Below are positions 19,499 through 29,402 of a DNA stretch of 64,000 bases, in pieces. Position 1 is the stretch's first letter, and every line of letters starts with the position of its first letter. The notes under the pieces are model-generated. The model worked only from the letters and a program-made list of their open reading frames with translations, was not told the DNA's origin and searched no databases. A program made the position numbers and the translations under genes. Source of the DNA: an uncultured Spirochaetota bacterium (GTDB taxonomy: Bacteria; Spirochaetota; Spirochaetia; SZUA-6; Fen-1364). Location: assembly GCA_963845535.1 (NCBI GenBank), contig CAWJSK010000001.1, positions 96,001 through 160,000 of the forward strand, read 5' to 3'.

Positions 19499-20068
19499 GT
19501 GAGACTACAACCCATCGAGAATCCCAAAGGGCTCTTTTCGCGCATCGCCTACTGGATGGTACGTCGTCAGTTCGGCAAGGTAATGACCCCGATGAAGGTC
19601 ATGGGCCCTCGGATGCCTGGGTCAATGCGGCTTGCGTATGCGATCACGAAGTTCGAGCTTAAGAGGATCCGGTTGGATCATGAGCTTCATTTCATGGTCG
19701 CCACTCTCGCGTCGCAGATCAACGGGTGCGGTTTCTGCATAGATCTGGGGCGGTCCATGGCGATCCGGGAACAACTTGAAATGGAGAAGTTCGACGCACT
19801 CCTGGAGTACCGGACGAGCCCGCTCTTTTCCGAACGCGAACGCGCGGCGCTGGCGTACGTGGAAGAAGCCACCCGCAGCAAGCGAGTTTCCGACGCAACG
19901 TTCGAGGAGCTCCGCAACCACTTCAGCGAGCGAGAGATCGCGGAGATCACATGGGTGAACGCGCTTGAGAACTACTACAACCTGCAAAATCTACCGCTCG
20001 AGATAGGATCCGACGGCTTTTGCTCGATTGCCCAGGCCAGGAAAAAAGGAGCACTCCGTGTCCGCTGA
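19499..20068 (+). CDS. Carboxymuconolactone decarboxylase/AhpD family protein
   Basis: ASQINGCGFCIDL, FSERERAALAY, FSEREIAEI; usual ECF41 partner. Confidence 0.88.
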   Translation: MRLQPIENPKGLFSRIAYWMVRRQFGKVMTPMKVMGPRMPGSMRLAYAITKFELKRIRLDHELHFMVATLASQINGCGFCIDLGRSMAIREQLEMEKFDALLEYRTSPLFSERERAALAYVEEATRSKRVSDATFEELRNHFSEREIAEITWVNALENYYNLQNLPLEIGSDGFCSIAQARKKGALRVR

Positions 20069-20102
20069 TTGCCGCGTGAGCTCCGAGCTGCCCTTGGCAC
20101 CT

Positions 20103-20210
20103 TTGAGATTCCGGGCACGCGCTCAGCTCGCAACGCTGCTCCTACAGCTCCTCGTCGGCATGGCGGTAAAATCTTATCGGCCTGCCATCTGAATCGAGTG
20201 GTGCGGGCCG
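20103..20210 (+). pseudogene. Degenerate N-terminal fragment paralogous to the 23787-24231 membrane protein
   Basis: LRFRARAQLATLLLQLLVGMAV/LIGLPS versus LKLRARGQLSGLLSQLILGMAVNLIGGPN. Confidence 0.65.
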
Positions 20211-20391
20211 GATCCTGTCTTGCTGAGAGCGCCTGTCGCCCAGCTTGTGCTGCCGGTAAAGCCTCTCAGCCGGCGCCTCTATTTGCTCCGGCAAGCCATG
20301 CATTCTTCTGCCTGGACGACCATGCGAAACTTTGCCACTTCGTACGCGGTGAACGAATAGGCTTTTTTGTTTGCCTTATGCCGAATACTAC

Positions 20392-20419
20392 TTGACAGAT
20401 AGCTATACATATGTATAGT
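20392..20419 (+). promoter_or_regulatory. Near-leaderless promoter with a perfect 16-bp palindrome
   Basis: TTGACA-16-TATAGT; CTATACATATGTATAG at 20403-20418; ATG at 20427. Confidence 0.7.
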
Positions 20420-20426
20420 AGAAACT

Positions 20427-21729
20427 ATGGACAACGTCGAAGAGTTGGGTCAGGAGATTGCCAGCTTGTCAGCGCATCTGGATGCGGCAACCCACCGGCT
20501 GCTGCAATGCATCAGGCGCTTCGATGAGGCGTGCGGCTGGCACGAACAAGGAGCCATTTCCTGCGCGCACTGGCTGGCTTGGCGGGTCGGTTGGGACCCG
20601 GCCACCGCGCGTGAGAAGGTGCGGGTGGCGCGCGCTCTCGGCAGGCTGCCCGCCATTGACGAAGCGTTGCGCTCCGCCCGACTGTCGTACGCCAAGGTTC
20701 GCGCGCTCACAAGAGTGGCGACACCAGAGAATGAGACGAAATTGCTCACGATGGCGCTTCTCGCAACGGGGGCGCAGCTTGAACGGATATGCCGGGGCTA
20801 TCGCGGGGTGCTGGAAGCCGAAGGGGCGTCGAAGCCGGAGGAGCGTTCGGTATGCCAGCGGCTGTTGCCTGGAGGGATGGTCAAGCTGGAGCTTGTGCTT
20901 GAGCCCGACGAGGCGGACTTGATCCTGCGTGCCGTCGAGCGTGCCCGGGAGGTCAAGGCTCAGGAGCTGCGCGCTCGGCAGGATGAGCCGCCCAAGCCAG
21001 AGACTCCTGAAAGGGCAGCAGGAGCCGCCGACGTTTCCGCGGGAACGCCTTGGCCGTCGAGGGCTGATGGCGCGGTGAGGGTCGCCGAGTGGTTCCTGGC
21101 CGGCAATCCGGTGACGGGAACAGGCGGCGAGCGCTTCCAGGTGATTGTTCACGTGGATCAGGACGTGCTGGGCCCGGATGGCGCCTGGGCAGCTACCCTT
21201 GAGGACGGAAGTCGCGTTTCCGCGGAAACGTTGCGCAGGGTGGCCTGCGATTGCGGCATGGTCGCCATGAGTCGAAACGGGGAGGCGCTGAACATCGGCC
21301 GCCGCGCCCGCACCATTCCGCCCGCCATCCGTCGCGCCTTGATGCTGCGTGACCGCGGCTGCGCCTTCCCTGGGTGCACGCACACGGCCTTCCTTCACGG
21401 GCACCACATCGAACACTGGCTGCACGGCGGGGAAACCAGCCTTGACAACATGGTCATGCTTTGCACTTTCCACCACCATCTGGTCCACGAGGGCGGATGG
21501 ACAATCACCGTCGGCGCCGACGGCACTTTCGTCTTCCACTCGCCCGCGGGCAGGCTGCTCGCAGCTCCAGCCACCGCGCGAATTGGTTGACGACACACTG
21601 GAGTGGCTGCGCGAATGGGCTGACGAGCGCAACCTGGACCTTGGCCCTGGCGTCAACATGCCGCAGTGGGATGGGAAGACGCCCAACTATGACAGTGCGG
21701 TAGGATGGCTGCTGGCGGCGGGGCAATAG
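20427..21729 (+). CDS. DUF222 / HNH endonuclease protein, +1 frameshift near 21565
   Basis: SCAHWLAWR, LSYAKVRALTR, RRVACD, RDRGCAFPGC...HHIEHWLHGGETSLDN..LC..HH..VH; tail PQWDG...YD.AV.WL in the next frame. Confidence 0.9.
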
Positions 21730-21869
21730 CTGCCGACGGCACTCGCTCCGACAGCAAAGGGTGAGCGCGCGCAGCGGAAAGCCCGCAGGCGCCGACAGTG
21801 AGGCGGCAAGGGGCAGGGAGAGGCTGGCAGCGCTCTGGTTCTGCAGTTCGCCGAGGACTTGGAGGGGGC

Positions 21870-22006
21870 GAAGCGCTGGAGGCTTCCTGGAACGGTACGC
21901 GCCCGCTGACTTTCTACCTCGCGCACGTTCGGGCCCAGGAGGCGCTCTATCCGGAGAGCTCCGTCAAGCTTCGATTCTTGGAGAACCACGAGCAGCCCAG
22001 AGCGGC
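21870..22006 (+). pseudogene. Internal fragment of a GH13 alpha-amylase-like gene
   Basis: QEALYPESSVKLRFLENHEQPRAA resembles conserved region IV (FLENHD); rest of the gene absent. Confidence 0.5.
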
Positions 22007-22150
22007 GTGGAGTTTCGGCAGAAGAGCGCGCCATGGACCGGAGGATCGGCCTGTTCGACGCTGAGCCCATCCACAAAACCTTGAATGGGCTTTTCCCGAT
22101 CTCGTAGACCACCCGATCATGCTGCCATGGTCCAATCGGAGACAGGGAGA

Positions 22151-23041
22151 CTACTCCGCAAAGACGACCAGATCGAGTCCGTCTATGACGTCTGGGTCGG
22201 CAATGAGGTTGATCTCGCTGATCTTTCCGTTCTCTATCCTGAAGGTAAAAACACCGAGCGGCTTGCCGCCTGCCATGGCGACACGTCCGGGCCTGCCGTT
22301 GACGAGAGCAAATAGGGCAGCTTCGGTACGGCGAACGCCGTCTTTAGCGCCTTCAGCAACAACGGCACTTCCGCGAACTTCCTCCTTGGCCCCGAGCCGG
22401 ACCCCCGCCTTGTCCGCGCGAAAGACCACATCCGGGTTCAGCAGCTCGAGGAGCGCCTGCAAGTCACCTTCGCGGGAAGCTGCAAGAAAAGCCCGCACGA
22501 TCTCCCGCTCCTTGGCAGCGTCGGCATTCGGGCTTGAAGGTACACCGCGCACGCGGCAGCGGGCGCGGCTTGCCAGTTGTCGTGCCGCGATTTCCGACCG
22601 GCCGACAAGAGCCGCAACCTCGCCGAAAGGAACATCGAACATGTCGTGCAGAACGTACGACACCCGCTCTGCGGGCGAAAGCTTTTCGAGCACGATGAGA
22701 AGCGCTGAGCCTATCTCCTCCGCAAGGAACGCCTCCCGCTCCGGATCCACCGTCGCCAAGCCACGCGCAAGGCCGTTTACTTCAAGGCCGACCAGGGTCC
22801 CCCGCCGCGTCGTTCGCGTCCGCAGCATGTCGATGCAAACACGGGAGGTGACGGTGGTCAACCACCCTTCGAAGTTCTCCAGGGTGCGCGGTCCTGGGCG
22901 CATGACCCTGAGCCAGGACTCCTGTACTGCATCGTCGGCCTCCGCGAGCGTTCCGAGCATTCTCAGCGCAAGCAGCCGCAGGCGCGGTCGATTCTCCTCG
23001 AACCTTTCTTCGAGCCAGATTTTTCGATCTGTGATTTCCAC
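22151..23041 (-). CDS. Second ECF41/SigJ-like sigma factor
   Basis: FEENRPRLRLLALRMLGTLAEADDAVQE, ERVSYVLHDMF, RQLASRAR, LNPDVVFRAD, VNG. Confidence 0.9.
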   Translation of the reverse strand: MEITDRKIWLEERFEENRPRLRLLALRMLGTLAEADDAVQESWLRVMRPGPRTLENFEGWLTTVTSRVCIDMLRTRTTRRGTLVGLEVNGLARGLATVDPEREAFLAEEIGSALLIVLEKLSPAERVSYVLHDMFDVPFGEVAALVGRSEIAARQLASRARCRVRGVPSSPNADAAKEREIVRAFLAASREGDLQALLELLNPDVVFRADKAGVRLGAKEEVRGSAVVAEGAKDGVRRTEAALFALVNGRPGRVAMAGGKPLGVFTFRIENGKISEINLIADPDVIDGLDLVVFAE

Positions 23042-23258
23042 CTGTCACAATCCCCCTGTTGTATCCGTTATTTAGGTGTGACGAAAAAAACCACTCTCTG
23101 TCACAGGAGGAGCCTTTCATGAGCCCACAAACCATGCACGACCGCGTGGACTCCGACTCGGGCAAAACAAATATAACACCAAAAAGAAAGAGAGTTCGAA
23201 ATGTTCCGGAGTCAGGCTTGGCATTTCTGGTTGAGACCATAACGGAGGAGGACTGATA

Positions 23259-23702
23259 ATGGCTTCACAACACGCGGTTGACGAAGCTGGCATTCGGCAG
23301 CAAATCGACAGGTTGGTTGAGGCGATTCGCGCTGGGGATCTCGAGGGCTTAAAGCCGATGTACGCTCGGGACGTGGTGTCATTCGATGCCGGCGGACCGC
23401 CGCTGCAGCACGTGGGATCGGAAGCAAAATGGGGGAACTGGGCTTATGCCTTCAAAATGTTCCAGCCTCCCCTCGGTTATGAGGTTCGCAGCCTTGCGAT
23501 AGCTTTGGACGGTGACGTGGCATTCGCGCACAGCTTCAATCGGCTCAGCGGGACGTTGAAGACCGGGAACGGCGGCGGTTTCTGGGTTCGCGTGACGTAC
23601 TGCTTTCGGAAAATCGGCGGCAACTGGCTTATTGCGCACGACCACGTCTCAGCGCCTCTTGATGTGGAGACCGGCAAAGCGTCGCTGAATCTCGAACCTT
23701 AG
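23259..23702 (+). CDS. SnoaL/NTF2-like (DUF4440) protein
   Basis: YARDVVSFD, GDVAFAHS, WVRVTYCFRKIGGNWLIAHDHVS; RBS GGAGGA; ECF41-like TGTCACA-N16-CGTT at 23043-23069. Confidence 0.88.
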   Translation: MASQHAVDEAGIRQQIDRLVEAIRAGDLEGLKPMYARDVVSFDAGGPPLQHVGSEAKWGNWAYAFKMFQPPLGYEVRSLAIALDGDVAFAHSFNRLSGTLKTGNGGGFWVRVTYCFRKIGGNWLIAHDHVSAPLDVETGKASLNLEP

Positions 23703-23786
23703 CGGGCTCGGGCTCGCACTGGCGATGAAGACATGGAGTCAGCGTGGTTTTTTGATGCACAGACTATGAAATTTCAGGAGGATCAA

Positions 23787-24231
23787 TTGCCAGCACGCAA
23801 ATCGGATTCCGCCGTGACCCCGCAGGTCGCGCTCAAACTCAGGGCACGCGGTCAGCTTTCAGGGCTTCTTTCTCAACTCATTCTCGGTATGGCGGTCAAC
23901 CTCATCGGTGGGCCGAATCTGACTCCCGGCGCCGCGAAAATTGCCAGCCTCGATTTTCCTGATCCTGCATGTGATCATCGCGATCGGGCTCGTAGTCGGC
24001 GCGATTCTTGCCGCGGTCAACGCGAGACGGGCTGAACCGAAGCTCGCCCGACTTGGCTGGATCGGCTTGGCAGTGATCATCGTCACCTTTTCTGCAGGAG
24101 TGGTCACGTTGATCACGAACAGCGGCTGGTGGTCCTTCCTCATGGCCGCAGGCGCCACGGCGTCGCTCGTTATCTATGGGGTACTCTTCATGCGGCCGGC
24201 GCAAAGCACGGCGCAGATTGCTGCGGAATAA
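23787..24231 (+). CDS. Small 4-TM membrane protein, +1 frameshift near 23950
   Basis: RBS AGGAGG + TTG; two overlapping hydrophobic ORFs join at KIAS/IFLILH. Confidence 0.6.
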
Positions 24232-24358
24232 GGTCCCTCGCAGGTGGCCGCTCCTCGCGGCCACCAATGCGGACCTTTTGCCAGATCAGCGTTAACGCAG
24301 GCTCTTCACGATCTGGGTGCGCGAGGGGCCGAGGACCCATGGGAGGTGACGGTTGGCC

Positions 24359-25591
24359 TCACGAGCCAGCGCCTCGCGCCACGCCGAGGTCGATTATCTC
24401 CTGCTCCACCCCGATGCCCGTCTCCTCGATTTCCCGCGCGAGGTTGCGCAGCTCCTGTGGCGCGTTCGCGTCAAGCAACGAAAGGCGTGCGGTTTGGGTC
24501 CTGTCAAGGGCAAAGCCATGCTTCGCGTAGCGGCGGTGCATCGCGGCGGTCATGAGCCAGGGGACAATAGGCACGGCCAGAGCCGCCTGAATCTCCTGGA
24601 GGATGAGGAGCCCGTCCGGATCCAGGTCTCCATAATGATACACGCAGGCGCCGGCGGCCACGCACCGATGAAGGAACGCCTTGACCGCGTCATTTGGATG
24701 GCCCCCGGTGTAGACCATCCCCGCGATGCCGGACGGGAGGGCGAAGGAGCGATCTTTCAGTCCGCCCGCCAGGACGTGGAAGGTTTCCTTGTTTTCCACG
24801 GAAAGGACCACTGTCGCGCTCGAGGCTGCTTTTCCCGCCGGCCCCTGTGCCTCAAGCGCTACGGCTTCGATCAACGCCACGCTCGCAACCGGAAGCGTAA
24901 GAATCTGGCCGTGGCAGAGCCAGGGATTGGCACAGCCGGTGAACGCAATCCGGCCGAACAGGGCCAGGCTGACGTCGGGATACGATCGTCCGAGGGCGAG
25001 CTTTTCGGAGATTGGGACTCTCCCCATCGAGCGTGAGAGACGGTCCGCAACGGGCATGAGCCGTTCCAGCCTCTTGCTGTCCGCATAGAGCCTGATGCTG
25101 AGAGCGCGGATGGGGCACACGGCTGCCTCCTGCGGCGTCAGTGAGAAAAGCCGGGCCAGGTCCGCCAGCTCGGCGGCATCCCGCACGGGGACAGGGTGGC
25201 CGGCGTGCAGCCGAGGCGCCAGATACGCCGCCAGCCCGGCCAACTCCCCGCCCTCCCACTCGGGCTCTGCAAGAAGCTCCAACATCTGCCGGGCAAGGGC
25301 TTCCGGTGATGGGACGCCCAATTCGTTGAATAAGGCTTGCGGGTCCTCGAGGTAAAGCGCCTCGAGGTCGTCGCCCTTGCGGAAGCGCTTCCACCGCGCC
25401 GAGAGAATCTTGGCGGACAGCAGCTCCTCTACCGCGTCCAGAAACTCGCTCTTGGCCGCGACATCTGTCATGATGCGCGGAAAAAGCTTCTCCCACCCGG
25501 ACTTGCGAAGTCTGCGGCCGCCCTTGTAGTAGGCGCTGGTGGGGTAGGATTCGGCGAACGCGGCCAGGATGCGCTTGGCCACCTCGGTCAT
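24359..25591 (-). CDS. jetD: Wadjet JetD (Toprim nuclease)
   Basis: VVLSVENKETF and HYGDLDPDG Toprim motifs, C-terminal EQE; last gene of a 4-gene SMC operon. Confidence 0.88.
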   Translation of the reverse strand: MTEVAKRILAAFAESYPTSAYYKGGRRLRKSGWEKLFPRIMTDVAAKSEFLDAVEELLSAKILSARWKRFRKGDDLEALYLEDPQALFNELGVPSPEALARQMLELLAEPEWEGGELAGLAAYLAPRLHAGHPVPVRDAAELADLARLFSLTPQEAAVCPIRALSIRLYADSKRLERLMPVADRLSRSMGRVPISEKLALGRSYPDVSLALFGRIAFTGCANPWLCHGQILTLPVASVALIEAVALEAQGPAGKAASSATVVLSVENKETFHVLAGGLKDRSFALPSGIAGMVYTGGHPNDAVKAFLHRCVAAGACVYHYGDLDPDGLLILQEIQAALAVPIVPWLMTAAMHRRYAKHGFALDRTQTARLSLLDANAPQELRNLAREIEETGIGVEQEIIDLGVARGAGS

Positions 25592-28500
25592 GGGGATGTC
25601 GCCTGCTCCAGGATGGCGTAGTCCCGGACGTACGCCTGATAGTTGCGCCGCAGGACCAGGTTTGTCCGGTCCATGTAGGGCGCAATGGATTCAATCTTCT
25701 CGGTCGGAACGGCAGTCACCACTTGCATGGCCAGCTTGCGGAAGAACGCGATCATGTGGCCGATGCGCTCATCATCCATCTTGTTGAACGCCTCGTCGAA
25801 CAGGACCAGGCGGATGGCGTTGGGAGAATCCTTGTAGAAGCGGAAGAAGCTTGCCGCAATTGCCACGTAATAGGGCGTCTGCGTTTCTCCGCCCGATTTC
25901 TCCCGCAGCACGCGCGACAGATACGATTCCAGCGCCTTGCCAGATTTCTCATCAAGCACGTCTGTGTGGCGGATGCGGATGTCGTAGACGAAATACTGGC
26001 GGTAATCGCAAATCTCGCGTACGGCAGGGTCATCCAGCTCATACGTAAGGACATCGCGGAAGAGTTTTTCTATGCTTTCCCGCTCCTCATCGCTTTTCAA
26101 CGCGGAGAAAAGCGTGCCGTCCAGGTCCTGGATCTCGGCCGCCGTGGAGATTGCGGAAAGGAGGCTGTGCTTCTCCGGGGCGCGGGAGATGGAGAAGCGA
26201 TACTGGTCCTTTCCGAATCGGATGGTCTCCAGGATATGGTTGATTTCCTTGAAGCTCTCCTCGGCCTCCATGAGATACTCGTTCAGCTTCGACACGAAGT
26301 GCTCGCGGAACTGCCGTTCGGCCTCCTCCCGTGCCCGGCTGATGCGGTCACGGTATTCGGGAAGCTCCGTCTCGCGATAGCGCGAAAGCCGCTCCGTGTA
26401 CTCGAGGGACTCGGTGTCCTCCAGGCCCATCATCTCGTTCCAGTCGTGGTTGTAGCGTTGTTTGGCGGCCCGCAGATCCGTCTGCGCGTTTTCCAGCCGC
26501 GTTTGCAGTCCCGCATAGGAGGACTCGTAGCGCCGGATCATCCCGCCGTAGTCGATGCGCCCCTCCGTCTGGCGGCGTTCGTTTCGCATGCGCTCTTCGT
26601 AGTAGGAGACAAGGTCCGCCTCGTTGGCCTGGTTGGCGCTGACAAACCCGGCAAGAACGGCGCCCCGCCGCTCCTGGTCCGCCTCCTCCCCCTGCAGCCG
26701 AATGCCAAGAGACTGCACCCTCTCGCGCGCCGAACCAATCTGCTCCCGCAAGGTCCCGATGGCCTGCTCGGCGCCGCGGATGCTTTCCGCCACCGCGGCT
26801 ATCTGCGTCTTGAGCGCGTCAAACGAGCTTGTGTCGATGGCGGCAATCTGGCGGTCCACCTCCTCAAACTGGGCGCGCGCCGTTCCGAGCCTCGATTCAG
26901 CGGAAGAGAGCTCCTCAATTGCAGGCAGTTGGCGCAGGACGCGGGAGAACATGTCGATGCGCTCCTGGGCTTCGCGCCTTGTCGTGAGGAGGGCCTCGAT
27001 CCGCCGGCCACGCTGGTCGATGTCCTCCCGAACCGTCTTCAGCCTGCGCTCTCTGGCCTCCTTGCCGATGTACCAGCGCTCGTACGTTTCCTTGCGTATG
27101 CGCGTCGCCGTGTGGGTGGAGTAGCGCATGCAGTCCGCCGTAATCGAACGATCAAAGCGCTTCAGGCTGGCGATGTCCGTGCGGATGACGTCTCCCATAA
27201 GGAAGGCGGCGTACCGGCGAGCGGCCGGGGTTTTTGCCTCCACCACCTCCGCCAACGAACCGGGGCGGACCTCCTCCTCATGAATCGCCGCCAGGTTTGG
27301 AAGTCCCACGCCCGCCGTCTTGGCCGGAAGGCCATTGTAAATCTCCAGCGCCTTTTGGAAGTCAGCCTCCGGCACAAGCACGTTGAACCTCTGGGTGTTG
27401 AGCCAACCTTCCACCGCGTTGTGCCACTGATCGTCGATTATCTGCAGCAGGTCCGCAAAGACCGCCGCGGGAATACCGGCCTTTTCCACCGCCTGCTTCA
27501 ATTCCATTGATGGTTCGGGGTAGCGCAGGATGCCGGCGGCAAGCTCCTTCTCCTCCGCGTACAATGCTCCCAGCTCGGTCTTGATCTGTGCGATTTCAAG
27601 GTCCGCTTCAACCCCCTGGCGCGTTGCCGTTTGCTGTTGGTTGGAGAGGGTTTCCGACTCCGCGGCAAGGTCAGACCCGAGCGGACGGCCCAGCATGGCC
27701 TGGCACTGGGATACGAGCAGACCGCGGCGCTCCACTCGCGATTTTTCCTCCGTCATGCGGTGCTCCAGGTCGTCGCGATCCCGGCGCAGACGCTCGTAGA
27801 GGCGATGTTGCTCGTTCTCCGCCAGGGCGAACTGGAGCTCCTGCCGCAGCGAATCCAGCCGGTCCTTTCGCTGCTGCTCCATCGAAAGGGCTTCTTCCGC
27901 GTTTGACTGCGCCGTGATTGTCTGTTCCAGCTCATGACGGGTCCCGGCAATCCTTGTGGTCTGTTCCTCCACAAGGAGCCTGATCCGGAGGTATTCCTGG
28001 CGCAGGATCTGCCGGGCAGCCTGCGTAACGGCGTCCGTGAGGGCGGCGATCTCCGTAAGCTGCTGGATACGCTGTTCCACGGCCAGCGCCTCCCGTTCCG
28101 CGGCCCGGTAGTTCTGCAGGTTCTCCTTCATGGCGCCCACGTCTACGTCGTGTTCTTCCAGAATGTAGTTGCAGACGAAATCATGGACGGAACTGAAGGG
28201 CGTGAAGCTCACGGATCTCACAACGGCTTCCAGATAGGGGTTGAAATCCACTCCGCGGCGGTGAACGCCCAACAGGTGGGTCAGGCGATTGTTGTACTCC
28301 CGCTTGGTGGCGCAGAGGTATCCGCCAAGTTGTTTGATGGAATCCCGGAAGACACGCGGGCTCAGGAATTGGCTCCCATCATATACCTTGACGTCTTCGA
28401 TCTTTCCGCCTTCCAAGAGCCATTCATGTTCCCGCGCATCCCCTTCGGTGAAGGCTTCCACCATGATGCCTGCGCAGAAGCAGCGCTCTCCGTCCGCAAA

Positions 28501-28788
28501 CTCCAGGATCACGTGGCTGATGCAATCCTTGCGGACATAGTCCAGTGAGTCAGCCCCAACCTTGCAGCGGCAGTAGCTTTCTATGGTGCGGGTTGCCTTG
28601 CGGTCGCTGGCCGCCGCGTTGAAGCGGATCTTGCCGACCTGGGCCACAAGAGCGTACTGGATTGCGTCTATGATCGTGGATTTGCCGCTGCCGTTGTCCC
28701 CCCCAAGAAGCGTCGCGGGACCAAGCTCGATCAGAGAGTCTGTGAAGTAGTGCCAGTTCACCAGCCTGGCCCGCCGCAAGATGAGCAT
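25588..28788 (-). CDS. jetC: Wadjet JetC (SMC ATPase)
   Basis: LVNWHYF, Walker A GDNGSGKST, long coiled coils, KSGGE signature, LVLFDEAF Walker B; start ATG 28788 (TGATG overlap). Confidence 0.92.
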   Translation of the reverse strand: MLILRRARLVNWHYFTDSLIELGPATLLGGDNGSGKSTIIDAIQYALVAQVGKIRFNAAASDRKATRTIESYCRCKVGADSLDYVRKDCISHVILEFADGERCFCAGIMVEAFTEGDAREHEWLLEGGKIEDVKVYDGSQFLSPRVFRDSIKQLGGYLCATKREYNNRLTHLLGVHRRGVDFNPYLEAVVRSVSFTPFSSVHDFVCNYILEEHDVDVGAMKENLQNYRAAEREALAVEQRIQQLTEIAALTDAVTQAARQILRQEYLRIRLLVEEQTTRIAGTRHELEQTITAQSNAEEALSMEQQRKDRLDSLRQELQFALAENEQHRLYERLRRDRDDLEHRMTEEKSRVERRGLLVSQCQAMLGRPLGSDLAAESETLSNQQQTATRQGVEADLEIAQIKTELGALYAEEKELAAGILRYPEPSMELKQAVEKAGIPAAVFADLLQIIDDQWHNAVEGWLNTQRFNVLVPEADFQKALEIYNGLPAKTAGVGLPNLAAIHEEEVRPGSLAEVVEAKTPAARRYAAFLMGDVIRTDIASLKRFDRSITADCMRYSTHTATRIRKETYERWYIGKEARERRLKTVREDIDQRGRRIEALLTTRREAQERIDMFSRVLRQLPAIEELSSAESRLGTARAQFEEVDRQIAAIDTSSFDALKTQIAAVAESIRGAEQAIGTLREQIGSARERVQSLGIRLQGEEADQERRGAVLAGFVSANQANEADLVSYYEERMRNERRQTEGRIDYGGMIRRYESSYAGLQTRLENAQTDLRAAKQRYNHDWNEMMGLEDTESLEYTERLSRYRETELPEYRDRISRAREEAERQFREHFVSKLNEYLMEAEESFKEINHILETIRFGKDQYRFSISRAPEKHSLLSAISTAAEIQDLDGTLFSALKSDEERESIEKLFRDVLTYELDDPAVREICDYRQYFVYDIRIRHTDVLDEKSGKALESYLSRVLREKSGGETQTPYYVAIAASFFRFYKDSPNAIRLVLFDEAFNKMDDERIGHMIAFFRKLAMQVVTAVPTEKIESIAPYMDRTNLVLRRNYQAYVRDYAILEQATSP

Positions 28789-29402
28789 CAGTCCTCCGCT
28801 TGCTCCCCGTCTTCGTTCTGACCCGCCTCTTCGCCCTGTCCCACACCTGCCGCCTCCTGGATCCGGGCAACGGCTTCCTCCACCGCCATCCCGTCCAGTG
28901 CAAAGGGTATGCTTGGATACAGGATGACCGTGGCCTCGGGGTCCGACTCGCTTCCCACAATACGGATGAGCCTCAAGGCCTGAAACCTGCGCAGCATGGC
29001 GAGGTAGCGGGTCTTCTTCCATGTGGCGTCCGCCAGGACCCGGTACTTCTCCACTATATCCTGCTGCCGCACGGTGCGCTCCCCGTGGAGGGAGATCTCC
29101 CCCGCTTTTTCCTCGAAGAGCAAACGCAGGATCAGGAGCAACAGGCTCTCGTCCTTGGACAGGCTGTGACGGGCCGAGGGCGGTCCCTGAAAGGCCACGA
29201 CGCCCAGCATCTCATCCCGCCTGAGGCCCCAACCTGCAACGGCGAGATACTTTTCCACCAGCGCGAAGTTGGACGTGACAAACCGATAGGAAGCCGCGTG
29301 ATGTTCAATGCCGCGCACAAGAAAGGTCTCCGTGAACAGCGTGGTGAGCGCCATGCGAAGCCGATCCCGTTCGGAGTCTGTCAGCTTCTCAAGCTCATCC
29401 AT
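28788..29402 (-). CDS. jetB: Wadjet JetB (DUF4194-like KITE)
   Basis: 204 aa, LSKDESLLLLILRLLFEE, ILYPSI; located between jetA and jetC. Confidence 0.85.
   Translation of the reverse strand: MDELEKLTDSERDRLRMALTTLFTETFLVRGIEHHAASYRFVTSNFALVEKYLAVAGWGLRRDEMLGVVAFQGPPSARHSLSKDESLLLLILRLLFEEKAGEISLHGERTVRQQDIVEKYRVLADATWKKTRYLAMLRRFQALRLIRIVGSESDPEATVILYPSIPFALDGMAVEEAVARIQEAAGVGQGEEAGQNEDGEQAED

Noticed and set aside
21032..21230. Canonical parS sites
   Set aside because: Core CGCG differs from parS ACGT, and no parAB or origin genes are in the window; kept only as an unexplained palindrome
28789..29022. 78-aa N-terminal extension of jetC in the ORF track
   Set aside because: Overlaps jetB; the real start is ATG 28788, coupled to the jetB stop
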